In this document: in pieces, positions 45,036 to 55,282 of the stretch | How positions within the stretch are numbered: the stretch's first letter is position 1 | Layout of the letters: the number at the start of each line of letters is the position of its first letter | DNA from: an uncultured Planctomycetaceae bacterium | Lineage (GTDB): Bacteria > Planctomycetota > Planctomycetia > Planctomycetales > Planctomycetaceae | Direction: 5' to 3' | Length of the DNA: 64,000 bases | Assembly (NCBI GenBank): GCA_963813715.1 | Contig: CAWFAK010000009.1 | Location: 96,001 to 160,000 of the forward strand | Made by a program: the position numbers and the translations under genes | Notes under the pieces: generated by a model | Told to the model about the DNA's origin: nothing | Seen by the model: the letters and a program-made list of their open reading frames with translations, nothing else | Database searches by the model: none

Positions 45036-45608
45036 TTACTCCGACTTCCCTTTCTCCTCGGTCGATTTGTCCTCGGCCGCGTCGTCGGTCTTTTCCTTGC
45101 CGGCTTTCTTGGCGGTGCTCCGCTTGGTCGTGGTGCCGCCGCCCGCGGCCGGCGCGAACTCGACGCGAGCCGCAAACAGCTGCTTGAGCCGCGTCGGGTT
45201 GTAGAGACGAACGACGCGATTCTTGTAGGTCACGCGGCCCTGGGCGTCGTGTGCCAGGTGCTCGGCGACTTCGGGCACGGCCTGGCCGGCGTACAGCCCG
45301 GCGAAGGTTTCGGGATCGACTCCCTGTCCCGATTCCAGATCGGCGACGGCATCGACACCGCCAACGCTCGTGGCAAATGCGTTGAGCCCAAGGATGGCGG
45401 GAACGTAGCGTTTCTCGTCCTGCAGCATCTGCATGGCTTCGGACATCACGCGGTCCGCGTCGCGCAGCTTGTCACGCAGGGCGCCTTGCACGGATTCGGT
45501 GGTCGGGTCGGCACTCAGCGGCGTGGGGCCTGCGAGATGCAGCGTGCCCAGCACATAGCCGACGCTCAAGAGACACAGACAGAACACGGTCCGAGGGATC
45601 CAGCTCAT
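45036..45608 (-). CDS. Exported hypothetical protein
   Basis: GGAG RBS; signal/TM segment; GVDPETFAGLYAG core; charged tail. Confidence 0.7.
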   Translation of the reverse strand: MSWIPRTVFCLCLLSVGYVLGTLHLAGPTPLSADPTTESVQGALRDKLRDADRVMSEAMQMLQDEKRYVPAILGLNAFATSVGGVDAVADLESGQGVDPETFAGLYAGQAVPEVAEHLAHDAQGRVTYKNRVVRLYNPTRLKQLFAARVEFAPAAGGGTTTKRSTAKKAGKEKTDDAAEDKSTEEKGKSE

Positions 45609-45891
45609 GCTCGCTCCGTTGGCTGAAGAATAGCCCGCCATGGTTGGCGTAACAGCCCGTGGGAACAGGCCGAGCCCGCGTCCAATCTCTATCGTCGTGA
45701 CCGACCCGAGGCTTTGCAAGGGAGAAAATCAGCCGCCACCGCGGCCCACAACAAGTTCTCGGCGGGCGCTGTGCAAACTCGCCGAGGGGCTCTGGACACC
45801 GGGTCAAACGCGACGCGGAACGGGGAACGATGCCGCAATTCACGGGCGAGGCGGGCAAAGTGTGACACGCGCGCCAGAGGCGCGGCGGGCT

Positions 45892-46213
45892 CTAAACCTC
45901 GACGCGGGCGAGCAAGCTGATCAGCTCGTTCAGCGCGTGATCGATGCGGACGGTGTCCTGCAGTCGGCAGGCGTGTTGCAGTTCGGCGCCGGCCGCGCTG
46001 ATTTGCGGGAATCCGTAGCCGCCACCCGCGCCCTTGAGCTGGTGCGCCTGCCGTCCCAATTCCTCGACACAGCGTGCGCGATGCAGCTCGCTCAGCAGGC
46101 GCATCCGGTCCGGCACCGCGCTTCACAAAGAGGTCGAGCAAGTCGTGGAAGTCGACGTCGTCGGCGAATTCCGAGCGGAGCGGCGTTTGGGCGGTCGTGG
46201 TCGATACGGACAT
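45892..46213 (-). CDS. Stand-alone Hpt domain protein (frameshift near 46120)
   Basis: PLRSEFADD..DLLDLFV followed by AHQLKGAGGGYGF. Confidence 0.8.
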
Positions 46214-46487
46214 GACAAGGGTTCCTGCAATCCGCAACTGGATCGGTGGCACCGAATGTTTAGCACGTCCGGAGAGACGACGATTCGCTTCCGCCCCTGC
46301 CAGAAACCGCCGAGACCAAGCGAGGTCCGGTTTTGCCGAACGCACGGATTCTGACGTTCGTCCTGTTTGCAAATCGCCCGAACCACAGCGTCATGTGTGG
46401 GAGCCGGCCATCGGGATAGAATGAGTTGCGCGGCGATTCTGGAGTTCGGGCCGCGTAACCGACGCCCATCCGAGGCTCTGCCTGCCG

Positions 46488-47021
46488 ATGCCTTTCGGAA
46501 CTTACCAGCGCATCTTTCGCTCTCCGCTGGAGGCGCGGGTCCAGATGAATGGGCAGTCTCCGCTCGGCTGCCTGTTGCTGATCGTCGTTCCCGCGCTGCT
46601 CGTCGTGTCCACGTACCTCGCGTGGTGGGAGCTGCGATTTTTCGTGCAGGGTCGCACGACCGAGGCCACCGTCGACCGCGTCGAGGAAATCCGACTGCGG
46701 AGCGGCCTGTTCGGCGGGTCATACCGCGACGTCCACTACTCGTTTCCTGACGGCGATTCGGACCGTTTGCGCAGCGAACGCGACGAGCTGCCTGCCTCGT
46801 GGCCGCGCCCCGGTCATGTGGTGCGCGTGGAATTCGTTCCCGGATTGCCAGGCGGCTCGCGCGTCGCCGGCCATCGGCACATCGGGTTCACGATCTTTTT
46901 TGTGGTGACTGTGATTGGCTCGGCCGTGTATGTTGGCCTGTTGCTGCGGGAAGCGCGGCGGGTGGTGAACGAGCAAGCGAGGTTCGAATCGGAACGCCGC
47001 CGCCGCGGGAATGCCGTTTGA
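46488..47021 (+). CDS. Two-TM membrane protein (DUF3592-like)
   Basis: TM, then GRTTEATV..VHYSF..VRVEFVP, then a second TM. Confidence 0.55.
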   Translation: MPFGTYQRIFRSPLEARVQMNGQSPLGCLLLIVVPALLVVSTYLAWWELRFFVQGRTTEATVDRVEEIRLRSGLFGGSYRDVHYSFPDGDSDRLRSERDELPASWPRPGHVVRVEFVPGLPGGSRVAGHRHIGFTIFFVVTVIGSAVYVGLLLREARRVVNEQARFESERRRRGNAV

Positions 47022-47042
47022 TTCACCGGCCGAATGCCGAGG

Positions 47043-49550
47043 CTACTTCCCGACGAACTCGCCGTGCTCGACGCTCCAATCGTTGCCGAAGAAGCCGGCC
47101 TGTTTGACGCCGGGCACTCCTTTGAGCAACGCTTCCGCCCCGAACACCACGCAATCGGGATAGCCGATGCCGGAGACGAAGAAGGGCAAACGGTCAGTCA
47201 GCCGCATCCCTTTGACGCCAGTCCCTGAGACGACGCCGACGGCGGCCACGTCACTGTCGGGCCGCGGACGCACGAAGAGACAGCCTAGGTTGTCGGCCTT
47301 GGTCTCCTTCCCGCCGACCGAGATCGAACCCGACCGCACCTGCACGGGACTCTGCCCCAAGAGCGCCGTCCACGCGCCGTTCGTGTTGGCGTTGCCGTAC
47401 AGGATCACGTTGTGATCGCCGTCCTTGGTCGCGTCGAACTCGGCGTCGGTCACGATCGGGATGAACCCGTTGCCGCGATACCAGAAACTTTCGGCGTCGA
47501 AGCGGGCTTTCTGCAGCGCCCACGCGTTTTCTTCCGGAGAACCTTTCGTGCCGACGACGAACCGCATGCCGTTGCGAAACGCATCGCGAAACGGGCCGCT
47601 GCGTGCCGGCGTCTTCATAGCGGCCGCCGGCTTTGCACCGACGTGCCATTTGCCGCCCACCCGGTCCAGCCACACGACGGCCCCGCTGCCGGGCCAGGGA
47701 ACGTCCTTCAATGCCTGGCCGTCGAGCTCGATCGAAAGCGGTGCCGCCCGGCTTGAGGTGATGCACGTCGAGTCCCAGGCAGGCCACGTTGTCGGTCGTG
47801 CCGGCGAAACTTCCGCTTCTCGCGATCCTGCGACAGATGAATGGCGCGTCGGTTTGTACGCCTTTTGTTGCTCTTCGATGATCGCCCAGTGGGAGTCGGC
47901 CGAAACGCCCGGGCTGATCGTGACGAAATCGACCCGCTTGACGTCCGCGTTCTCGGGCCGCGAACGCTCGGAGAAGAACTCGAACATCTGCGGCCAATCG
48001 ACGCACAAGTTGCCCCACCAGTGGCCGGCCCCCGAGCGCTCGTGGTAGGCCCAGTCGCCGTGAAAGCCGGCGAGCACTTTCCGCATCTCGCGCGCCTGGT
48101 CGACGGGGACGTTGTCGTCCTGGTCGCCGTGCAGCACGTAAACGCCGAGCGAACCGAGATTCTTGACGAGGGCCAGCGTATCGCCCGCCGATGCGGACCG
48201 CTGAAACAGGTCGGCCATCGGGTCCGGGTGTTCGGTCCGGGGCACGCCGGCGTATGACATCATGCTGATCCAACCGGCGCTCGGGCCGATGGCGGCGAAC
48301 TTGTCCGGATACGTCACGCCCAAGTGCCATGTGCCGTGCCCGCCCATCGAATGGCCCGTGAGCCAGATGCGATGCGGGTCAACCTTGAGCGTGTGGCAGG
48401 CCTCGTCGAGCACTTCGAGTGCGTCGAGCCGGCCCCAGTCTTCCCAGTCGAAGCCATACGGCCGGCGATTTGTCGCCGCGACGACGTGCGTCCACGGCTT
48501 GGGTTTGAAGCAATCGGCCTGGCCCAACCCTTCGACACCCGCACCGTGCAGCGTCAGAGTCAGACCGGGCGTCTGCGAACTGGGCGTGGCCGGGACCAGC
48601 GCGTAATACTGCACACTGCCGTCGATCTTGCTGCGAAAGGTGACTTTGTGCGTCTGCTCCGGCTTCAACAAGCGGAGCCGAATCACCGTTTGATCGAGGC
48701 TGCGGCCAGCGTCGGGCTTCGGTCGCTGCAGCGCGAGTGTGACGGACACCTGACCGGGCTTCGTCGGCGGCATCCCGGCAATGCGAATCGGCACCTTGGA
48801 GACACTGAACGGAGGCAGTTCGGGCAGCTCGGTCCGCGTGGGGCTGCTGCCCGGCAGCGTCGACACGATAGTCACGCCCTTTTGCCACGCGGGCGTCGCG
48901 TTGATCACGGGGACGGCCGCCCAGCCGTCATATTTTCGCCCCGTCAGCAGGTCGGGAGTGGTGATGTCGCCTGGATTGAAAAAAAGCTCGCCGGGCGAAG
49001 CCGTCAGTTTGGCCTTGAGGTCCCCGCGCGCCACCGTGAATAAGAACAGGTTCGCCCCCTTCTTGAGTTGCACCGGCACGTGGACGTAGCCGTACGAGTA
49101 GGGATCGCCGGCCCGCGGCTCGCCGTTGACCCAAACCATGCCATGCCCGCTCGCCTCCAGGATCATCACACGGTCTGCCGGCGAGTTGAGCGAGAAGAAC
49201 GCATAACCCCCGTTGAGCGCGCGGTCCTGATAGCTGCCGTCTTTTCCCGGAGCCAGTTTTTGCCAGGCCCGCGTCCGGCCATCCGGTCGAGGCACCGTGT
49301 CTCCGGCTTTCGGCGGCGTCCAAGTGCCGTCGGCGACCTGCGCCGCCACGGGGTCGATAGGAAAGGCGACCCGCATTCCCCGCGCGGGGGGTGCCAGAAT
49401 CAATGCCTCGCCGAACGTCGTGTCCTTGGGAGCGTCGGCGGCGCGGGCGGGGACAACCGTCAACAGAATGGTCAGGGTCAGTAGAGCGGCGAGGGGCGGG
49501 GCGAATGCCAACTTGAGGCACAGCTTGCGACACGAACCTGGCGCGGTCAT
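47043..49550 (-). CDS. Exported alpha/beta-hydrolase (S9 peptidase/esterase-like)
   Basis: LHGAG, GHSMGG nucleophile elbow, HGDQDDNV, GHWW; signal peptide. Confidence 0.8.
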   Translation of the reverse strand: MTAPGSCRKLCLKLAFAPPLAALLTLTILLTVVPARAADAPKDTTFGEALILAPPARGMRVAFPIDPVAAQVADGTWTPPKAGDTVPRPDGRTRAWQKLAPGKDGSYQDRALNGGYAFFSLNSPADRVMILEASGHGMVWVNGEPRAGDPYSYGYVHVPVQLKKGANLFLFTVARGDLKAKLTASPGELFFNPGDITTPDLLTGRKYDGWAAVPVINATPAWQKGVTIVSTLPGSSPTRTELPELPPFSVSKVPIRIAGMPPTKPGQVSVTLALQRPKPDAGRSLDQTVIRLRLLKPEQTHKVTFRSKIDGSVQYYALVPATPSSQTPGLTLTLHGAGVEGLGQADCFKPKPWTHVVAATNRRPYGFDWEDWGRLDALEVLDEACHTLKVDPHRIWLTGHSMGGHGTWHLGVTYPDKFAAIGPSAGWISMMSYAGVPRTEHPDPMADLFQRSASAGDTLALVKNLGSLGVYVLHGDQDDNVPVDQAREMRKVLAGFHGDWAYHERSGAGHWWGNLCVDWPQMFEFFSERSRPENADVKRVDFVTISPGVSADSHWAIIEEQQKAYKPTRHSSVAGSREAEVSPARPTTWPAWDSTCITSSRAAPLSIELDGQALKDVPWPGSGAVVWLDRVGGKWHVGAKPAAAMKTPARSGPFRDAFRNGMRFVVGTKGSPEENAWALQKARFDAESFWYRGNGFIPIVTDAEFDATKDGDHNVILYGNANTNGAWTALLGQSPVQVRSGSISVGGKETKADNLGCLFVRPRPDSDVAAVGVVSGTGVKGMRLTDRLPFFVSGIGYPDCVVFGAEALLKGVPGVKQAGFFGNDWSVEHGEFVGK

Positions 49551-49729
49551 CGAGCGGGCTTTCTCTAGAAGATGTCCGAGGGTGTGGAATGAGTTGTACC
49601 GCGACGATCCGGCTTCTGTCATGCGCGCCCAGCCGATTTTGCGTAGCGACCCGCATAGAATGGCCGAAAGGGCCGCCCCAACGTCACAATGCTCGCGCCT
49701 GGACGAACGTCACCGCGAGGGAGAAACGA

Positions 49730-49915
49730 ATGCAGCAGGAAGGCACCTACATTTGCGACGCCTGCGGAGAGGAGATCGTCGTGCCGATCGACGTCTCGGC
49801 CGGCGAGAGCCAGGAATACGTGGAGGACTGCCCCGTCTGCTGCCGCCCCAACGTCGTGCACGTCGAGATCGAAGATGACGGCGGCGTGCGCGTGTGGGCT
49901 CAGAAGGAAGCGTAA
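49730..49915 (+). CDS. CPXCG-motif cysteine-rich small protein
   Basis: CDACGE...QEYVEDCPVCCRP; GGGAG RBS. Confidence 0.85.
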   Translation: MQQEGTYICDACGEEIVVPIDVSAGESQEYVEDCPVCCRPNVVHVEIEDDGGVRVWAQKEA

Positions 49916-50118
49916 GCGGCCGACGACGACCCGATGATCCCGGTCGCCGCATTCGGGGCTCTCGCTTCCGGGACAAGTATCAGCCAAACCGAAACGGTTT
50001 TAGAGAGAAGCAACTACTCGTTCAGAATCTACGTGACCACCGACAGACCCGCCCCACTGCAGGGTTCGCTGTCGAGCTGGCTCTCGAGGCTGGCGGTTGT
50101 CGGCGTTCTGAGCGCCCG

Positions 50119-50472
50119 TCAGTCCAGCATCACAAACAAGTAGGACTGGCCCGTATCTTTCTCGGGATCGAATCCTTGCTCTTGTGCGATGCGGCCGCAC
50201 CAGGCACAAACGCGTTGCCGAGCCTCCGGATCGTCAGGCAGTTTGAGAACGAGTTTGCCGGTGTTCTGCCCTTCCGGGTATTCGTCGATTTCCACGGCGA
50301 AAACCTCAACGGCACCGGCATCATAGGCTTCCTTCGCCAGGGCGATGGACTCCTCATTGGTGGCCAATTCGCCGAGAGATCGAAAATCCTCGCCGGAGCC
50401 CCCTTTCAGCCAACCGAGCACCTCTTTCGTATTGGGATCGCGGAGGAATTTCTTACAGAATTCGTCGGACAT
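50119..50472 (-). CDS. Hypothetical protein
   Basis: GAGG RBS; globular acidic 117-aa ORF downstream of AAA_25 copy 2. Confidence 0.75.
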   Translation of the reverse strand: MSDEFCKKFLRDPNTKEVLGWLKGGSGEDFRSLGELATNEESIALAKEAYDAGAVEVFAVEIDEYPEGQNTGKLVLKLPDDPEARQRVCAWCGRIAQEQGFDPEKDTGQSYLFVMLD

Positions 50473-50663
50473 CGATGTGCCTCACCGTTCCGATTACGAG
50501 AAAAAACGATTCGGTGTCTCCATCGTCGCAACTGGGGCCCGTCAACTGCAAGGCGAAATCTTCGGTGAAAAGCGACGTTCCGCAGCGTCGTTACTGCTGA
50601 GCCGAAACGTCTCAGCCGTGGCACCCGAATAACCGGACGAGGCATGACACCGGGGCGCGCGGT

Positions 50664-50749
50664 GGGACCACTTTTGGCGCCCCCCTTATATTAAATGTGA
50701 TGGTACCGTCACGGCGGGACCACTTTTTGTTGTCCCGGCGGGTCCACTT
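50664..50749. repeat. Short iteron-like repeats around an AT-rich patch at the 3' end of AAA_25 copy 2
   Basis: GGGACCACTTTT at 50664 and 50716, GGGTCCACTT at 50740, CCCCCCTTATATTAAAT between the first two. Confidence 0.6.
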
Positions 50750-52205
50750 GTTCCACCGCGCGCGTCGCCTCGGATGAATCCGCCGGCTTCGTGGGCAGGC
50801 GATAGGCTACTTCCGTCCGGTCGTGCCGCTCGATCTTGACGACGACCAGTCGCTCTTCGTCCACGAGTGATTCGAGGACGTCGATCAATCGCTTTGCATT
50901 GAGCCCCAGCGCAAGGCGCAAGCCCCGGGCGGTTTCGCCTGCCGGGCGGAGGGCCAAGGCCTCAAGCACGCGGTGGCGATTGCGCTCGAACGCGACGGCG
51001 ACCTGGCGAGCGCGGCGATCTTCACAGTCGGCAAAGGTCCGCTCTTCGGATTGAGCCTCGGCGATCGAGACTGGGCGAATGGCGGTCTTCCACTTCCGCT
51101 TTTCCCGTCCGCCGGCCACTCCTTCACTCACATCCAGGGCCCACAAGCCGTGGTGACCGCTGCGTCCCCCGGCCGAGAGCCACAGCTCGTGCCGGCCGAG
51201 TTCCGGGTCGAACCGCCGGCGGCGCGAGAGGGTGAGCCATTGGGCGGAGAACTCGGCGAAGCCGGCCCAGGCGATGTCCTCGAGCGAAGCCGGGCTCCGA
51301 CGGGCTTGCTGCGAGCGCTTGCAGTGATGGACGACCAGAACGGTGCAGCCGGTTGTCTGGCAGATTTCGGCCAGCGGACGCAAGAGCGCGCCCATGGCGA
51401 ACAGGTTGTGGGTGGCTTCGCCGCCGACCGCCAGGTAGGCCGGATCGATGGCGACGCAAATCGGCTGTCGCTCGCGAATGATCCGCCGCAACGCCCGCAC
51501 GTCGGCCGCCCGATCGAACTGGGGAAGTTTTGGCGAGAGCTCGAAATTGTCGACCGCCTCCAGCGACAGCCCCCGCGCCCGGCAGATGCGGCGGACGATC
51601 GATTGCAGCGCGGCCAGGCCCGATTCGCCCGAAAGAAACAGCGTGGGGCCGGGCTGGGCGACGGGGAACTGGCCCAAAAAGGGCGTCCCGCTCGCCAGCG
51701 AAATCAACAGGTCGGCCGTGACCGAGGTCTTGAGCGTCTTGAACGCCCCGAAAATGCCGCCCGGCTGGCCCGCCGCCAGCACGCCGTCGATCAGATAGCG
51801 GGTCTCGAACTGCCCCGAGTTGAGCCGTGCGGGCGTGAAGAAAGGAAAACGGTCTTCGTCGGATGCCTCGGACAGGTCGATGTCGTCGAGAATCTCGTCG
51901 AGTTCATGTCCGGGTGTCGGGTGGTTGCCGGCCAACCGACCCAGCCGATTGATGATCTCTCGGACATGGCAGTTGGGATCCGGATCGGGCCGTGCCCCCG
52001 GATCTGGCGGATCACCTCCTCCCAGGCCGCGTCGCGGATCCGGCAGAAGTCCGCCAGATCGATGACGTCGGCGATGACCGGGTCGAGCCCGATCGATTGC
52101 AAGTAATGCGAAAAAGCCTGGCGCCGCCCCTTGTCGACCCAGTCGATCGACCGCGCCACGGACGACGCGGGCGATGTGCTGCGATAAATTATGGCCATTT
52201 AGCAA
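50709..52205 (-). CDS. AAA_25 / RepA-like helicase with C-terminal winged HTH, copy 2
   Basis: GAFKTLKTS, LFLSGE, AIDPAY, VLVVHHCK, WAGFAEF; tail VLEAL..ARGLRLALGLNAKRLIDVLESL; N-terminus may carry compensating frameshifts. Confidence 0.85.
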   Translation of the reverse strand: MLNGHNLSQHIARVVRGAVDRLGRQGAAPGFFALLAIDRARPGHRRRHRSGGLLPDPRRGLGGGDPPDPGARPDPDPNCHVREIINRLGRLAGNHPTPGHELDEILDDIDLSEASDEDRFPFFTPARLNSGQFETRYLIDGVLAAGQPGGIFGAFKTLKTSVTADLLISLASGTPFLGQFPVAQPGPTLFLSGESGLAALQSIVRRICRARGLSLEAVDNFELSPKLPQFDRAADVRALRRIIRERQPICVAIDPAYLAVGGEATHNLFAMGALLRPLAEICQTTGCTVLVVHHCKRSQQARRSPASLEDIAWAGFAEFSAQWLTLSRRRRFDPELGRHELWLSAGGRSGHHGLWALDVSEGVAGGREKRKWKTAIRPVSIAEAQSEERTFADCEDRRARQVAVAFERNRHRVLEALALRPAGETARGLRLALGLNAKRLIDVLESLVDEERLVVVKIERHDRTEVAYRLPTKPADSSEATRAVEQVDPPGQQKVVPP

Positions 52206-52225
52206 TCATCGCGCGCCCACACAAT

Positions 52226-52261
52226 GGATCAAGATCGAGTTTCTACGCCCAAAGAAACAAG
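52226..52261 (-). promoter_or_regulatory. 36-bp motif upstream of AAA_25 gene copy 2
   Basis: CTTGTTTCTTTGGGCGTAGAAACTCGATCTTGATCC on the minus strand; contains a GTTTC-N10-GAAAC dyad. Confidence 0.6.
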
Positions 52262-52529
52262 CGGCGGAAAAGCGGGGCGCGGGCCTGGCCTGCCCTACCG
52301 CTCGGGATGAGACGCCGGGAGTTCGAGGGACCTAGACCCGCGCTCACCTTCGGTTAGGTACTTCGCCTGCATCAACCCGAAAGCGTCGGCGAGGGCAGTG
52401 CGGGGTAACGAAGCCGAGATCCAGAGAACTGCGGTCACAAGCAGGAAGGGCGAAATTCCCCGGACAACGCTCGATAGGACAAGCATTCACCTTTCCCAAG
52501 CCGGTAGCGCGTGCAAGTTGTGTTGACGA

Positions 52530-52799
52530 TTAGTGCTCCAGATGCTGCTCATATATCTGCCGCAACCGGGGATTCGGCCACTTACTATCATACTCGTCGA
52601 AGTACCTTAACAACTCAGTCTCCGCGTCGGGCCGCCAGCGGGCGACGAGACTCGGAACTTCGTGGAGAGCTTCCCAAAGGTCGTTGATTTGCTTCCGCGA
52701 GATCTCCTCGCCCAGCGTCCAGTTCCGTGTCGTGTAGGCGGCGACATGTACCACGCGGAGGGTGGCTAGGAGGATCGGCTCAGGTGCGAGCGACGTCAT
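52530..52799 (-). CDS. Small helical hypothetical protein
   Basis: GGAG RBS; 89 aa with protein-like composition; visibly AT-richer than core genes. Confidence 0.7.
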   Translation of the reverse strand: MTSLAPEPILLATLRVVHVAAYTTRNWTLGEEISRKQINDLWEALHEVPSLVARWRPDAETELLRYFDEYDSKWPNPRLRQIYEQHLEH

Positions 52800-53043
52800 C
52801 GGATTTCTCCACCGGCAATTTGTAACTGCCGAGCACCGCTCATTTTAGCGTCCGCAAAAATCAACCGTCGATTGGCAAAACAACTCGCACGCACTACGCC
52901 CCAAGCTGAAGGCTCCGCGGTCGTGAGTGTTAATGCCGACTTGACTCGCGCTGAGTGCGCATTTATTTTCACTTTGGCCGATCTGTCTCCGTGATTCGTC
53001 CTGCGCGGCAGTCCGCGCGCCCTCTGCACCTGGGAGCCCAACT

Positions 53044-54415
53044 TTGCGCCGCATTCTCTCCGCTGCCGCGGTCGTGACTTTCCTCGCTTCCGCCGGCGCA
53101 CGAGCCGACGACTGGCCGCAATGGATGGGCCCCGAACGCGACGGGATTCTGGCGCGAGGGAGGATTGATCGACAGATTCCCGCAGAAGGGGGCCAACATC
53201 CGCTGGCGCGCGCCGATCGGCAACGGCTACAGCGGCCCGGCCGTCGTCGGCAATCGCGTCTATGTCATGGATCGCCAGAAGAGGAGCATTCCACCCGCAG
53301 CGCAAACGACGGCCCCCGCAGCCAAGAGTCCCACCAGTAAGAGTGCCGGCAAGAGCCTGCCGGGGAACGAGCGCGTGCTCTGCCTCAATGCGGCCGACGG
53401 CTCCGTCGTGTGGAAGTACGAATACGATCGCCCCTACACGATCTCGTACTCCAACGGGCCGCGCTGCACGCCGCTCGTTCGCGACGGTCGCCTCTACACG
53501 CTCGGTGCGATGGGCGATCTGACGGTCTTCGACGCGGCCGACGGGCATGTCCGCTGGACGAAGAACCTGTCACGCGAGTTTCAGGTCAAGGTGCCGATCT
53601 GGGGCTTCGCCGCACATCCGCTGCTCGAAGGCAATCTGCTTTATTCGCTCGTCGGCGGGCGTGGCACGGCGGTCGTCGCCCTCAACAAAGACACGGGAGC
53701 CCTCGTGTGGAAAGCGCTCGACACGCAGGAGACTGGCTACAGCCCGCCGATGCTGTACGAATTCGGCGGCAAGAAGCAGTTGATCGTCTGGCTCTCGGAG
53801 GCGATTTATGGTCTCGATCCCGTCAGCGGCAAACAATTGTGGAAACACCCGTATCCCGAAGACGTGCCCATGCAACGGCCGGCCGTCAACATCGTCACTG
53901 CCAAGAAGGTGGATGACCTGCTGTTCATTTCCACCGTGTATCACGGTCCCATGATGCTCAAGGTGGAAGCCGACAAGGCCACCATGGTGTGGAGGGGGAA
54001 GAGCGAAAATCCTGGCAAGCCCGACGGCGCCCACTGCCTGATGGCCTCGCCCGTGTTCAAAGACGGTTACGGTTATGGCGTGGGGATGATGGGCGATCTC
54101 CACTGCTTTAGAGCCAAAACCGGCGAGAACCTGTGGGAGACGTTCGCCGCCGTGACGGGGCACCGGGCCGACTGCGGCACCGTGTTCGTCGTCCCGCAAC
54201 ACAGCCGCTACGTGCTCTTCAACGACCAGGGAGACTTGATCCTCGCCGACATCACGCCCCAGGGTTACCACGAAATCAGCCGCGCGCACGTGCTCGAACC
54301 CGTCGCCCTTGCCCGCGGCCGCAACATCGTCTGGTCGCACCCCGCCTTCGCGCACGGCTGCGTCTTCGCCCGCAATGAAAAAGAAATGGTGTGCGTGTCG
54401 CTTGAGAAGTCGTGA
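53044..54415 (+). CDS. PQQ-binding-like beta-propeller protein (frameshift near 53150)
   Basis: Signal peptide plus DDWPQWMGPERDG; GYSGP, GPRCTP, GYSPP and WSHPA motifs. Confidence 0.9.
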
Positions 54416-54457
54416 GCGATCGTGAGGCGGCCGGCGCGAATCGCTCGAGCGCGTTTT

Positions 54458-55282
54458 CTAAGGCGCGCGATACGACAGTTTGAATTTGTGCTCGTCGAAG
54501 CCGAGCTTGATCCGTTCGACGAGCGCCCCGCGAACGTCGCCGTAGTCGGCCGTCTTCACCCAAACGCGGACGGCCAGCTGCACGCCGGCAGGGACGAAGT
54601 CGTTGACGGTGACGCTGGGCGCCGGATCAGGCAGGACTCGTGGGTCGAGCAGCAGCAGACTTTCGAGCAGCTGTTTCACGCGCGGCAAATCGTCGTCATA
54701 CGCGCAATTGATCAGCAGCTCGATCCGCCGCTCGTCCTTGACCGAGTAGTTTTTGATCACGCCCTGGGTGACCTGGCTGTTGGGAATGTAAATCTGCACG
54801 TTGTCGGCGGTCCGCAGCAGCGTGGAGAAGACGTGAATTTCCTCGACGGTGCCGGCCGAAGGACCGATTTCGACCGAGTCGCCCACCCGAAGCGGCTTGA
54901 AAACGAGCAGCAGCAGTCCGGACGCCAGGTTTGACAGCGATCCCTGCAAAGCCAGACCGATCGCCAGACCGGCGGCCGCGATGACTGCCGCGAACGAGGT
55001 CGTGTCGAACCCGATCCAACCGAGCGCGGAGATGACCGCGAAGACCAGCACGCTCACATAAATCACGTCCGAAACGAACGTCGCCACGGCCGCGTCGGTC
55101 TTCGACCGAAGAATGATCGTCCGGCTAAGCCGGGCCAGACCGCGGGCCACCCAGCGGCCGATCAGCACGATCACGAGCGCGGCGACGACGTGCTCGAGTA
55201 GCCGGAGCCCATCGGTTTTCAAAAACGCCGTAACGCGTTGCCAATCAGAGGCCTCGGCGACCTGCACAAACGGGTCGAACAT
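54458..55282 (-). CDS. mscS: Small-conductance mechanosensitive channel
   Basis: AAGLAIGLALQGSLSNLASG, GTVEEI and IPNS motifs. Confidence 0.92.
   Translation of the reverse strand: MFDPFVQVAEASDWQRVTAFLKTDGLRLLEHVVAALVIVLIGRWVARGLARLSRTIILRSKTDAAVATFVSDVIYVSVLVFAVISALGWIGFDTTSFAAVIAAAGLAIGLALQGSLSNLASGLLLLVFKPLRVGDSVEIGPSAGTVEEIHVFSTLLRTADNVQIYIPNSQVTQGVIKNYSVKDERRIELLINCAYDDDLPRVKQLLESLLLLDPRVLPDPAPSVTVNDFVPAGVQLAVRVWVKTADYGDVRGALVERIKLGFDEHKFKLSYRAP

Noticed and set aside
52295..52486. 63-aa ORF with a hydrophobic N-terminus
   Set aside because: No recognisable motif; it cannot be distinguished from a chance ORF.
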